16,341 bases of DNA, from the NCBI GenBank assembly GCA_051294375.1, contig JBJCIZ010001574.1, forward strand, positions 1 to 16,341. The letters are read 5' to 3'. A model generated the notes under the pieces. The model was given only the letters and a program-made list of their open reading frames with translations. It did not search any database and had not been told where the DNA came from. Every line of letters starts with the position of its first letter. Position 1 is the stretch's first letter. Of this stretch, positions 1 through 9,183 are shown piece after piece. Both the position numbers and the translations under genes were made by a program. Source of the stretch: Paraspadella gotoi. Its lineage: Eukaryota; Animalia; Chaetognatha.

Positions 1-80
1 GAGAATCGAATACCAGTAAGCTCAACCGATCGGCTTAATCCCCGAAAATCTTCCTTTTCGAAAAGCGGATTATTTACTCT

Positions 81-120
81 CTTCTCTACTTTCTCTCTCT
101 CTCTCTCTCTTCTCTCTCGC
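81..120. repeat. (CT)n microsatellite
   Basis: Direct reading: cttctctactttctctctctctctctctcttctctctcgc. Confidence 0.8.
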
Positions 121-1276
121 ACCTTTGGAACATTCCGATTTCAACGGATAACTCCGTCTTATCGAGTGAATGCCAAAAATCCAGGTTTTTCTTAATGAAT
201 CAGAAATATAAAAAACATAAATTCCGGTGATTTAGGAGAATTCCGTGTTATTATCTTGGGTACCTTTAATCCGTTACGGAATTCTATGTATTTAAATTTG
301 GAATCTTTCAACGTGGAAGCATCGGCTTACAAGTCATACAATCGTGGATACTGTTCGTTGAAGAGAGAGAAGCCGTAAAGTAGCCCAAATTCGGCAATTA
401 GCATATTTTTTATCTTCACATTTTTACATTCCATTTCCTAAATCCTAAATTCCTAAAAGTCGGTCAAATTCGAGGAAAAATAAAAGTTAAATATATAAAA
501 ATATTTAAAGTATATAAAAATTTAAAGTCGTCGATCTCGAAAAAATCAAATTGAAAAATCGGAGAATTTTGGAAAATTAAAGTCATGAGAAGGAATCTAC
601 GCGTCAAAAGAGAGAAGATTAAAAAAAAAACCGCAAAAAGAAACTTAACCAATAAGCTCCGTCGTCCTTGAGGAAGATAATTGCAGTGGGAACTGAAAAA
701 CAAAAAATTAAAAAGAGAAAATTAAAATCGAAATGAAATGATTGATAAAAAAAAGCTGGCTCCATTGAATTCAAATTGAAGCACACAAGCTTTGACTTTT
801 TAAAATGTTGTTAATGATAGTAAAGAGATCGTTACTACAGTTACCGTTTTTAGATGATTTTGAAAAGAGCTCATAAATTACCAACTCGTAAATGGAAAGT
901 CTTCTACTTAAAGAAAAAACAATTACTCTCCAACTTTCACTTTCACTGACTTTTTGCCCTCAGGAATTTCCCTTTCAAATTCCATCCTTTCAAACCGAAA
1001 TCGATTTTTTAAACCTTCGCGATTATTAAAAAATAAAAAATAAAAAAAACTAAAAAATAGACGGTCTCAAAGACGCTCCCCCCAGTGCTTATTCTCAATG
1101 ATATATATATCAAGAAAATAATGTAGGACTAAGAAACGTACAGAAGTGTGCGATGAATGACTACCCCAACTACATAGCTCTGGTAATGGACACAGCACGA
1201 TTCGGATATTCATAAAACTCCTGTGGCGACAGTAGTCCCTAATGAGGAGTTTCCTTCCTCACAAAGAGCAAATAGG

Positions 1277-1400
1277 CGAGTTATGAGAATTTTAACATTA
1301 AGTGGGACAATCGAATGGACAGACATACCGACCGACAGACCGACCGAAAAAAAAGTGACTTATGAGTTGCTCGCGAGTACTCGCGGCGCAACTAAAAAAA
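1277..1400 (+). mobile_element. Helentron-associated/HINE (DINE-1-like) non-autonomous element 3' end, copy 1
   Basis: Order seen: CGAGTTATGAG, GTGGGACA..ATGGAC, (GACC/GACA)n microsatellite, GTGACTTAT, GC-rich hairpin AGTTGCTCGCGAGTACTCGCGGCGCAACT (1365-1393), then an A-run. The same order recurs at ~3766-3894 and ~7390-7521. A tetranucleotide microsatellite plus a terminal stem-loop is the known HINE architecture; the family assignment is inference. Confidence 0.7.
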
Positions 1401-1620
1401 AAGCCGCGAAGCCACCTCGATCCAATTGCGACGGAAACGATCGGAGCGAAAGAATTCCACGAAACTCGATTCGACGAAAGGAAAAGAGAAGAGGACAAGA
1501 AAAAGAAAAGAAAAAAGAAAATAAAAAGAAAATTAAAAAGAAATAAAAAAAGAAATAGAAAGGGTAAAAATTGCGTAAACTTAGGGAATACGGAAAATAA
1601 ATCGCTATGAATATGCAAAT

Positions 1621-1676
1621 TTCTCTCTCTCTCTAACTCTCTCTCTCGCTCTTCTCTTCTCCTCCTCTTTCCCCTT
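1621..1676. repeat. CT-rich polypyrimidine microsatellite
   Basis: Direct reading of (CT)n/CTT tracts. Confidence 0.75.
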
Positions 1677-2257
1677 GTCCTGTCGCTCAGTTCATTCACC
1701 AAACAGAAACCGGGACCGGATTCAGGTTAAGAATTCGATTTGATTCATTTATTACGACCAACGATGAAGTTCCTTCCTTTATTTATTTTCGTTGTTCATT
1801 TGGTTCGGTTTTTCTTCGATTTTGTGACGGATTTTTTCTTCGCCGGATCTCGGGAACGACGCGGCCACCAATGAGAGGTCGAGATTGGAAAGGTTCACTG
1901 TGGGTGAAGTCACAGTTAAATTGATGAAATTCCATGGTTTTAGTGATCATTGTTGGAATGATCCTTGTTTTGAAATGGAAAGATATATGGAATTAAACGA
2001 GACTGTGAGAGAGTCTGTCATTATCTTGTAAGAGTGAATGGAGTCAGGACAAGATAGCTATTTATTAAAACGAATGAATAATTTATATTGGTTGCCATTT
2101 CAAATTATGTTCGGTCATAATGTTTTCAAATTTATTTGGCGGCCCAAGATTTCAACGGACGTGGCCAATAATCATGCACAAGAAGAACAGCTACGACCTA
2201 CAGGAAACGGAAGATTGCTCGCTGTTGCGGTGAGGTGGTGTGACTGTAGACTACAAG

Positions 2258-2878
2258 AGTAAGGCGTAGTTAAAATCTTAGTTTAACTTTAATTAAAATT
2301 CTAAAAGTGAGGAACGAACAACGATTAACTATGAACATTTATGTATAAAAAAAATTTCTAATAAATTTTACAATTTACGCAGTAGCGCCATATTTTATAC
2401 TAGTACTAAACAATAAATGTTAAAATTTCAAACAGTTTTTCTAAGATTTTTTTGCAGATTTGGATTCCGTACATAAAAAGTTGATAAAAAGAAATATAAC
2501 TCTTTTTGCAAAAAATTCCTTTCATTAAGTGGGCGTCAAAAATTAGAAAAAACTATATTTTAAGTGAAAATTAACTTTTTATATATTAAATATAGTTTTT
2601 TTTAATTTTTAACCCACTTAATGAAAGAATTTTTTAAAATTTGATTTATATTTTCTTTTATCAACTGACGAGGAATTTCAAATCTGCAAATCAAAATTAA
2701 GAAAAGCCTATTTGAAATTTTTCCTATTTATAAGGATAAGTACTATATATAAATATAGGCCTACTGCGAAAATTAAAAAACATTAATATTAATTTTTTTA
2801 CAATTAATGTTTCACTGAGGTTGTTATTTCATAATTGACTTTTAGAATTTTCGTATGTAACTTTCACTACGCCTTACT
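2258..2878. mobile_element. Fold-back / MITE-like element, ~620-bp imperfect palindrome
   Basis: Perfect 13-bp terminal inverted repeat AGTAAGGCGTAGT (2258-2270) / ACTACGCCTTACT (2866-2878). Nested inverted blocks: AAAATTCTAAAAGT/ACTTTTAGAATTTT, CGCAGTAG/CTACTGCG, TTTGCAGATTTG/CAAATCTGCAAA, CTTTCATTAAGTGGG/CCCACTTAATGAAAG and AAAAAACTATATTT/AAATATAGTTTTTT. Centre is near 2570. Confidence 0.85.
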
Positions 2879-3029
2879 AAAGAGTCATTCCCGCGACAGC
2901 TTCGTGAAATCAATTGTTTGTTCACATAAATGGCGACTGGAACAATATTGATAAGTTTCGCCGACTAATCTCAGGTTGAGGCAGCAACCTTTAGAGCGTG
3001 GAAAACACGCGTCATTTTAAAGTTTCCAG

Positions 3030-3073
3030 CTTCTCGACAACGCCCGATTGGTTTTCGAGGTTCACCGAGGAAC
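3030..3073 (+). CDS. Small internal exon, probably of the plus-strand RhoGAP-like gene
   Basis: Flanked by acceptor tttccAG (3028-3029) and consensus donor GTAAGT (3074). GC-richer than its flanks. Reading frame is ambiguous (LLDNARLVFEVHRG or SRQRPIGFRGSPRN). Confidence 0.45.
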
Positions 3074-3199
3074 GTAAGTACATGGCATTCTCAACTACGA
3101 AATATGATCTAGTGAAGCAAGAGAGAGGCCAAGGAAAGAGTTAAATAATTAACATTACAACTTGATAACTTGAATATTATTGTAAAAAAATATTTAACC

Positions 3200-3384
3200 C
3201 GAAGATACTCCGAGTCTGACGGGGGGACGCATGGACCTCAACACAACACGATGGGTTCTCAGTTCTCCCAGCGATCTTCGCGCTTGATTTGTCGGGACTT
3301 AACGAATCGTTCGCCTTCACTTTCACTTTGCGTCAAGAATTCCGATCTTCGGTTACGAGGAAGATCATTTGGATCGCGTCCGAG
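3200..3384 (+). CDS. Putative exon of ARHGAP18/28/40 (Conundrum)-like RhoGAP; 5' boundary uncertain
   Basis: GC-richer block ending ...(DL)GYEEDHLDRVR before donor GTCAGG (3385). It resembles the recalled family motif 'DLS.QDMKKVR' that precedes 'LALIELTALYD'. Indels must be assumed. Confidence 0.4.
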
Positions 3385-3472
3385 GTCAGGGACTAATTCA
3401 GAGTTTTTTTTTGGATCTCCCTGTTCCGTTATCGAGATTAAAAAAAACCAATACGTTCATTATTAATCCGAG

Positions 3473-3556
3473 ATACTGTATGTTTCGATGTACGCAATTG
3501 TACGGCATTGTACGCATGGCATCGGGAATTCGTCAGATTTCTTTAAAAAAAAAAAG
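3473..3556 (+). CDS. Putative exon of ARHGAP18/28/40-like RhoGAP (LTALYD motif)
   Basis: With about 3 single-base corrections it reads ...QLTALYDGIGIRQISLKKK, compared with recalled ARHGAP18 'IELTALYDVLGIELKQQK'. A GT donor follows at 3557. Confidence 0.5.
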
Positions 3557-3765
3557 GTGCTCTAGTAAGAGGCTAATATTTTAAGTCAGCGATAATTAAA
3601 AAAAAAAAGAGCAACAAATTTAAGCCGCTTTTTAATTGGGTAATGTGGATCCGCTTTTTAAGGTGATCGCGTGATTCACAAATATGATAACATGCATGTT
3701 AAAGGTGTGTTATGTTATCTTCACTTTTCATACAAAACGTAAACTAAATTGATGAAGTAAGTAAC

Positions 3766-3894
3766 CGAGTTATAAAGCATTTTTTTAAAATTAACTTGGA
3801 CAGAGCGACGGACATACCGACCGACCGACCGACCTACGACCGACAGTGACTTTATTGAAAGTTTGCCCCGCGAGTTACTCGCGGCGCAAACTAA
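3766..3894 (+). mobile_element. HINE-like element 3' end, copy 2 (intronic)
   Basis: CGAGTTATAA..., GGACATA(CCGA)n, GTGACTTTAT, hairpin GTTTGCCCCGCGAGTTACTCGCGGCGCAAAC, TAA. Homologous to 1277-1400. Confidence 0.7.
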
Positions 3895-3929
3895 CGAGAA
3901 ACAATTCTTTTTTTTTTCCGATTCTACAG

Positions 3930-4026
3930 AAATACGTCGATGCCGTCGGAGACTAAAATATGATAAGAGACAAGATTTGCGGCGTCTTTGGAATCGATTT
4001 GAACACGATTCTTGAAAACGATCAAA
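3930..4026 (+). CDS. Putative exon at the start of a RhoGAP domain (ARHGAP18/28/40-like)
   Basis: Strong polypyrimidine acceptor (ttttttttccgattctacAG, 3928-3929). Reads IRRCRRRLKYDKRQD, then after one frameshift CGVFGIDLNTILENDQ. This matches the 'VFG.PL..LL..DQ' signature at the N-terminus of RhoGAP domains of this subfamily. GT at 4027. Confidence 0.55.
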
Positions 4027-4084
4027 GTGGATTGTGATTGAAGTCAATCATTGGTTTTTAACGCTCTTAATTATTTAGGCTCGT

Positions 4085-4168
4085 TTGTTATTATCATTTA
4101 AATCGTAATAATCATAATATCATTTAATAATCATTTTAATAATCATTAATAATTTCGTAATAATCAAT
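4085..4168. repeat. Degenerate (ATAATC/ATCATT)n AT-rich repeat at the junction of the two genes
   Basis: Direct reading: taataatcataatatcatttaataatcattttaataatcattaataat. Confidence 0.6.
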
Positions 4169-4198
4169 GGGAAATAATTAAAAAAATTCGGAACTCAC

Positions 4199-4234
4199 TT
4201 GATCTGGCTTCCTTCGACTGGGGAATTTAAATCT
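4199..4234 (-). CDS. PTPN14/21: 36-nt exon downstream of the FERM exons (DLNSPVEGSQI), probable PTPN14/21 linker
   Basis: Minus strand: long (TTTG)n pyrimidine tract, ttgcAG, exon, GTGAGT donor. Length is a multiple of 3 and the strand matches the FERM exons. The peptide itself is not diagnostic. Confidence 0.5.
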
Positions 4235-4664
4235 CTGCAAACAAAACAAAACAAACAAACAAACAAAACAAAGACAAAACAAAAAAACAAAAAACAAAGG
4301 GGAACGGGAGTAAGGATAATCTTTTTTTAAATCAGATAAAAATTCCGTATTAAACTGAAATAGGTTTGAATAAAAACCGGATGAAACTGGTTCAAAACTG
4401 AGATCGATTTCCGATTTCGTCGCCCGCTCAAATCGTTGAGTTAGTCGTCCGATACAAGACGTCGCCATCATAGAACAACGAAAGAATCTGACAATCGATT
4501 ATGTTAACAAATAAAAATATAAACAAACTATTTATTAATTCACCCTCTAATATAGATTGAAATTTAACATTAACTGTACTTAAATTTAGGAGAACGAAAT
4601 TAGATCATTACAGAGCGTAGTGTTCTTAAAGTTCACTTATCAAATTAAGTTATTAAATTAAGTT

Positions 4665-4820
4665 TCATTAAGTAAGGACCTATGATTGCAGCGAACACTT
4701 CTTTCCACGTGTATTTTCGTCGATCTCTGGATCCTCTGAAGTAAAAGTGAGAGACTTAGACTCGATTGTTGTTGTTGTCGTCGTTTCGGCGTGAAAGATC
4801 GTCGGATCGAAGATTCGCTT
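4665..4820 (-). CDS. PTPN14/21: FERM F3 (C-lobe) terminal exon of PTPN14/PTPN21/Pez-like phosphatase; 3' boundary uncertain
   Basis: Reads KRIFDPTIFHAETTTTTTIESKSLTFTSEDPEI, then with indel corrections AKYTWKKCSLQHRSYLMK. Compare recalled PTPN14/21 '[25 protein letters not shown]'. Confidence 0.75.
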
Positions 4821-4896
4821 CTCGACAAATTTTATGTTATTGAAAATATTCATTAAATCCCAAGGAATTTTTGAAAAATAGTAGTTTCCTTTTTAC

Positions 4897-4960
4897 CTTG
4901 GTTGTGTTCTATCTGTGAGCGTGCGTTTGTTGTGGCTGATGTTGGTAATTATCGTTCCAC
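4897..4960 (-). CDS. PTPN14/21: FERM F3 exon of PTPN14/21-like gene
   Basis: AG acceptor (4962-4961) and GTAAAA donor (4896). With about 3 corrections reads WNDITNISHNKRTLTIETTK, compared with family 'WHDIANMSHNKSFFALE'. Splice phase joins upstream TAC AA|G TGG (YKW). Confidence 0.8.
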
Positions 4961-5176
4961 CTTAAGTATAACATTTTAACGAATTATTTTTTTAAAGCTT
5001 TTAGATCGCGGATGGCCTTAATTATTTTGTATTAAAGATAGAGCCTTGCTACTTTGTTTTTTCGGCCGTGAGAAAAAGTCGATCAAAGGACCTCTTCTTC
5101 ACAACATGCGAAACGAAAAAAAAAACAAAACAGCAGCGGAAAATAAGTATAATGAGCCTTAGCGATTGAAACTCAC

Positions 5177-5259
5177 TTGTACCACGTCGGCGGTTGACCG
5201 TCGGATTGTCGAGCGCAGGAGTCCGATACTCGAAGTTCCCGGTAGAGATCGCGTCCATC
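5177..5259 (-). CDS. PTPN14/21: FERM F3 exon of PTPN14/21-like gene
   Basis: GTGAGT donor at 5176-5171. With 2 corrections reads DGRDLYLGTSSIGLLARQSDGQPPTWYK, compared with family 'G.DI.IGA...GIFVKH.NG..PV.F.W'. Confidence 0.75.
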
Positions 5260-5372
5260 CTTGAAATCACACGAATCGTCAAATTGAATGGGAATGATTC
5301 GTTTTTTTTAAAAAATAATCGTTAAACGATGAGAACCATTTTTGGGATTTTATTCGTTTCCGGAATTCTCAC

Positions 5373-5468
5373 CGCGTCCTTTTGACGGCGCTAGAATTCC
5401 ATTCCGGTACCCGTCGAGCTGCATGGCTCCACGGATGTAGTGAAGTCCGCTATTTCTCTGGTTCATCC
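5373..5468 (-). CDS. PTPN14/21: FERM F2/F3 boundary exon of PTPN14/21-like gene
   Basis: GTGAGA donor at 5372-5367. An uninterrupted LHYIRGAMQLDGY is followed by GMEF and, with corrections, YAVKDA. This is the FERM 'AE..Y+..+..+DGYG.E.Y.AKD' motif. Confidence 0.85.
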
Positions 5469-5479
5469 CGAAAAATTAA

Positions 5480-5552
5480 TACAAATGCATCGATTACAAT
5501 GCCATCGATTACAATGCCATCGATTTACAATTGCCATTCGATACAATGCCAT
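5480..5552. repeat. 15-bp tandem repeat TACAATGCCATCGAT, ~4.5 copies (intronic)
   Basis: Direct reading of tacaatgccatcgat units with small variants. Confidence 0.8.
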
Positions 5553-5727
5553 CAAAACAAGCTCGACCGAAAATGTACCGATGAAGGTACGAACGAACGG
5601 ACCTGGACAGGACGAGAAATCAAAATGGATTTTTTGTCATTTAAATCGTTTTTTGAATTTTGATGAACCGGAAAATCAGTTGAATTTGGTTGCCATTTAG
5701 AAACGCGTTCTGAGTTTTTAAACGCGT

Positions 5728-5922
5728 GGAAAGGAAAAAGGTGGGAGAGAGAGGGGGGAGAGGGAGGGAGGGAAAGGGAAAGAGAGAGAGATAGGGAAGA
5801 GGTTGAGTGGAGACGGGAGGAGAGAGAGATAGAGAGGGGGGGAGAGAAAGCGGGAGGAGGAGAGGGATAGGGGAGGGAGACGGAGGATCTCCAGTGGGAG
5901 ATGGATGCGAGAGAGAGAGGGA
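5728..5922. repeat. GA-rich polypurine tract (triplex/G-quadruplex-prone)
   Basis: Nearly pure purine strand with (GA)n and GGG runs. Confidence 0.75.
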
Positions 5923-6188
5923 TGAGTGCCAGCAATTAAAGCTGGGAGCGGGGCAGAAGAGTGAGACTGAAAGCGATGCGCCCCGACATGCATCAATTTC
6001 TTGGGTTTCTTGCAAGCTTTTCAGTGCAAGCTTTTCAGTGCAAGAAAGTTTTGCTATAATTATTACAATAAGATTACCAATTCCACAATCTTTTGAGCTT
6101 AAATTCGCTTTATTGAAAAAAGAAATTTATATTCCCATTCTTTAAGCCAGATCCGTTTTTCCCTCATTACTTCCTACCTTAACTTCAC

Positions 6189-6331
6189 CCAAGAGATTGA
6201 ATGAGCGGACGACGACTTTCGTGGGTGAGTTCATCCAGGCCGTTTCCTCCACAGTCAGCGTTCGCGGCACAGCACGAACTCTTTGAGAAAGTCGGGACTT
6301 GTGTTTCTCGGATCGTGTTCGCCGAACACCA
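6189..6331 (-). CDS. PTPN14/21: FERM F2 (B-lobe) exon of PTPN14/21-like gene
   Basis: Acceptor tttattttacAG (6333-6332). Reads VFGEHDPRNTSPDFLKEFVL, then with corrections LPRTLTVEETALDELTHEVVVAHS. Compare recalled PTPN14/21/Pez 'DFGDF....SQDFLQKFALFP......LEE.T.KV...H'. Confidence 0.8.
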
Positions 6332-7389
6332 CTGTAAAATAAAGTACGCCCCTGTATTTTCTATCGATTTATCATAAACATTTTTGTTAACGAATCGATA
6401 ACCGTGAAATGATGTAAATCGTGAAAAAAACTTTTGACTTCGTCGTTCCAAGTTTTCATCTTGGGAATAATTAATTGTTTTCTAAAAACACATTAGTTGA
6501 AAACTCTGTCCTATCTCCCTATATGTTAAACGTAAAGGATTAAAATTATATGCAAATATTCGGAATCAGTACGAACAAACCCAAGTCCAGCCACAATAAT
6601 AAAACCTGTTTAATTCGTTTAAACCTTTCACCTCAATTCGCTTTAACTATTTTTCATCGATTTTTCATTTCGACGATAATCTGTCTCATTCCGTTTCATA
6701 GCGCGATGGGAATTCAATTTCTAAGCGCGATGGAATTCAATTTGCGTTTTCAAAATATTTTCGGCCTCATTTTTTTAAAATTTCGTCCTACGTTTAGGCT
6801 CGGAAGGAACGAAAGGAAGCAAAAAATGAACCCAGGCGTATTATTGCCACTCGGAAAAATAATTCAACTATTTTGGCCTCAAACAGCCTAGAACGCAGAA
6901 TTCAATTCATATTAAATTCATTATCAGGTTATTCAGCTTAAAAACCAATCCGACTACATGATATGCCGTCCCACGTCTTCGGTATATATATTCTCAATTG
7001 AATTCAGCGCACAACTATTATTGATATTATTCAACCCAACCACCACATTCACCCCCTTCGCCCCCTTCAATCCACTCCCAACTCCTCCCCCCCGCCCCCT
7101 TTCGGCCTCCACCTCGCCCCAAGCCAGTCACATAAAATGAAAAAGGAGCAAAACAACAAACAAGAACGGTTAATATGCCGTGTTGCGCCGCAATCACTGC
7201 CCCAGTTTTTTTGTGACATGACGATGACATTACAAATACCAAACATGACATAACTCTTAGCCCGCGTATTTATGACAAGCAACTGCCATCGGAATTTTGT
7301 CTTTTGTCTTTTTATTTCCTTGAAAGCAGCCCTAGCATTTAAGGTTTTTTCCCTGTCTAAAACAAATTCATAGCAAACCAACTATATGA

Positions 7390-7521
7390 CGAGTTATGAG
7401 CATTGTTTAACCTCGTGGGACAGCCAATGGACAGGACATACGAACCGCGGACCGACGACAGCGACCGACCCGAAAAGTGACTTATAGAGTTGCTCGCGAG
7501 TACTGGCGGCGCAACTAAAAA
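7390..7521 (+). mobile_element. HINE-like element 3' end, copy 3
   Basis: CGAGTTATGAG, GTGGGACAGCCAATGGAC, (GACC/GAC)n, GTGACTTATAG, AGTTGCTCGCGAGTACTGGCGGCGCAACT, AAAAA. Closely similar to copy 1. Confidence 0.75.
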
Positions 7522-7581
7522 CGTTGAGTCGAGAGGTAAATGTTTTTGGAAATAATTCTGCCGCGAAAATAAAAACAAACC

Positions 7582-8277
7582 CAAATTTCCGCCGTTCGAT
7601 TTTTTTCCAAAATTCCGGGCCGAGAAAAATTTTCAAGCGTGTGAGGAAAAGAAGTTGTAAGCGGGATCGCGGCTGGAACGAAGGGGATCGCGGCTGGGGA
7701 AGGGAAAGAGATCGTGGCCTAGGGAATGAAGGGATCGCGGCCAAGGAACAAAAAAGATCGCGACCCATGGGAATGAAAGGGATTGCGGCCGGGAACGAAA
7801 GGGATTGCGGCGCGGGGAAGCGAAAGGATCGTGGCCGAGATGAACGATAAGGATTCGTGGCCGGGGAACAAAAGGGATCGCTGTCGAAGAACAAAAGGAT
7901 TGCGCCGAAGAACAAAAAGGATTGCGGCCAAGGAACGATAAGGATCGCGGCAGGAATGAAAAGGATCGCGGCCGAGGAACGAAACGGTCGCGACCCGAGG
8001 AACGAAAGGGATCGCGGCCGAGGAACGAAAGCGGATTGCGGCCCGTGGGAACGAAAGGGGATTATTTTATGACCCGAAAGAAAAGGAAGGGACCGGTTTG
8101 TGGTTTCGTGCCAGAAGACGCATCTATTCGAGCCAAGAGGCACAAGTTTTTCAATCTAATGAGCGAGAAAATTTCTGTCCCGCAGACCCGGAATTTTTTT
8201 TTTTTTCGAAGTCATTCCTGCCGTGGAACATCGTTTTCGTTAGCGCCAAGTAATTTCTTCCGGACGGCGGAAATTTG
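7582..8277. mobile_element. TIR-bounded non-autonomous element enclosing a minisatellite
   Basis: Perfect 14-bp inverted repeat CAAATTTCCGCCGT (7582-7595) / ACGGCGGAAATTTG (8264-8277), and an inner 11-bp pair AAAATTCCGGG (7609-7619) / CCCGGAATTTT (8187-8197). Confidence 0.55.
7663..8062. repeat. ~23-bp minisatellite, consensus GGGATCGCGGCCGAGGAACGAAA, ~17-18 copies
   Basis: GGAT(C/T)G(C/T)GG cores recur about every 22-24 bp across 400 bp. Confidence 0.9.
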
Positions 8278-9002
8278 AAACGGCGGGGGGCATTTGTGTG
8301 GTATGGGGCATTTTAATCCGGCTAGGGGGGATTTTAATTCCATTTTTAATTACTTTCATGTACATTTTCTTTCCATTTCAATTGTAACCCAGAGAAAGAT
8401 TTTCTCTCATCTAAAACGCCGGTTGTATCACTAAACCGAGCGCGTCGTTTCATAAAACCGGCGTCGTTTCTTTGCACCCGGATGACTGCGTCGGTGAAAG
8501 GTTTAAAAAATTGCGTTACCGTCCATCGGATCTTACTGCGCTGATGGGACCATAAAATTTGCGCAGGTACGTTTGGTTTGCTTGTAGTCGTAGTGAAAAT
8601 ATACAGCAGTGTTCGTTTAGGTCAACAGGCAAATTACTTGCGTATGAGGTATTTGTCCGCACCGCAAGCCAAAGATCAAATAGAATTCCAAATTTAGTAT
8701 ATATTATGTTTTATTCTATTTATAAAATCAATTCAGTTTACATTTATATTATTTTTACCTTTGATCTCTTCGTCACTATTCTTCATTCCGCCTTCCGCGG
8801 AACATTTTCTCTTTTCTTCTCGGGAACATTTTCTTTTTTCTTCCTCCAACGGCGACGCGCACTATTTTTTTTCCTCTTTCAATTTTATTACGATTTTTTT
8901 TCATATTTTTCTACGATTTATTCGGGTTGTGAACTTTCTTCCTCTTGGATTTAATTTTCTTTGCCCCCCCCCACTGCTTGGTTCCTCTATTCCTCTTTCG
9001 AC

Positions 9003-9170
9003 TAAATTTTACTTTCGCGACCGAGTTTGGCGTCTTTTTGAAAATACTAATTTTTAAAAAAAAATAAAATAAAAATTAATTACATAATTTCCTTTTTATC
9101 CTTAAAACTTACCCCTAAATCATCCCTAACCCTTAACCTAACCCCGGTCGGCGAAAGTTAAAATTACCCC
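9003..9170. mobile_element. Small MITE-like element with CCCTAA core
   Basis: Inverted ends TAAATTTTACTTTCGCGACCG (9003-9023) / CGGTCGGCGAAAGTTAAAATTA (9145-9166) flank ccctaaatcatccctaacccttaacctaacc. Confidence 0.55.
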
Positions 9171-9183
9171 ATCATTTCCTTTC

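Noticed and set aside
1223-1702. Lys/Arg-rich and Phe/Leu-rich ORFs (also 5552-6145, 9474-10075, 10351-10830, 15138-16104)
   Set aside because: Translations of A-rich, AG/CT and G-rich low-complexity tracts.
6792-6887. Upstream FERM F1 exon of the Pez-like gene (ELFFRV…)
   Set aside because: Only a 5-residue resemblance to 'LYFRV'. The rest needs many corrections and the required intervening 'YYLQLK' exon was not found. Left unassigned.
7663-8062. CRISPR array or iteron cluster
   Set aside because: Head-to-tail degenerate units without spacers; no rep or cas gene nearby.
7394-8143. Longest ORF in the track (249 aa, minus) and overlapping plus ORFs
   Set aside because: They run through the 23-bp minisatellite and a HINE end. 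Openness reflects stop-poor repeat sequence and there is no protein signature.
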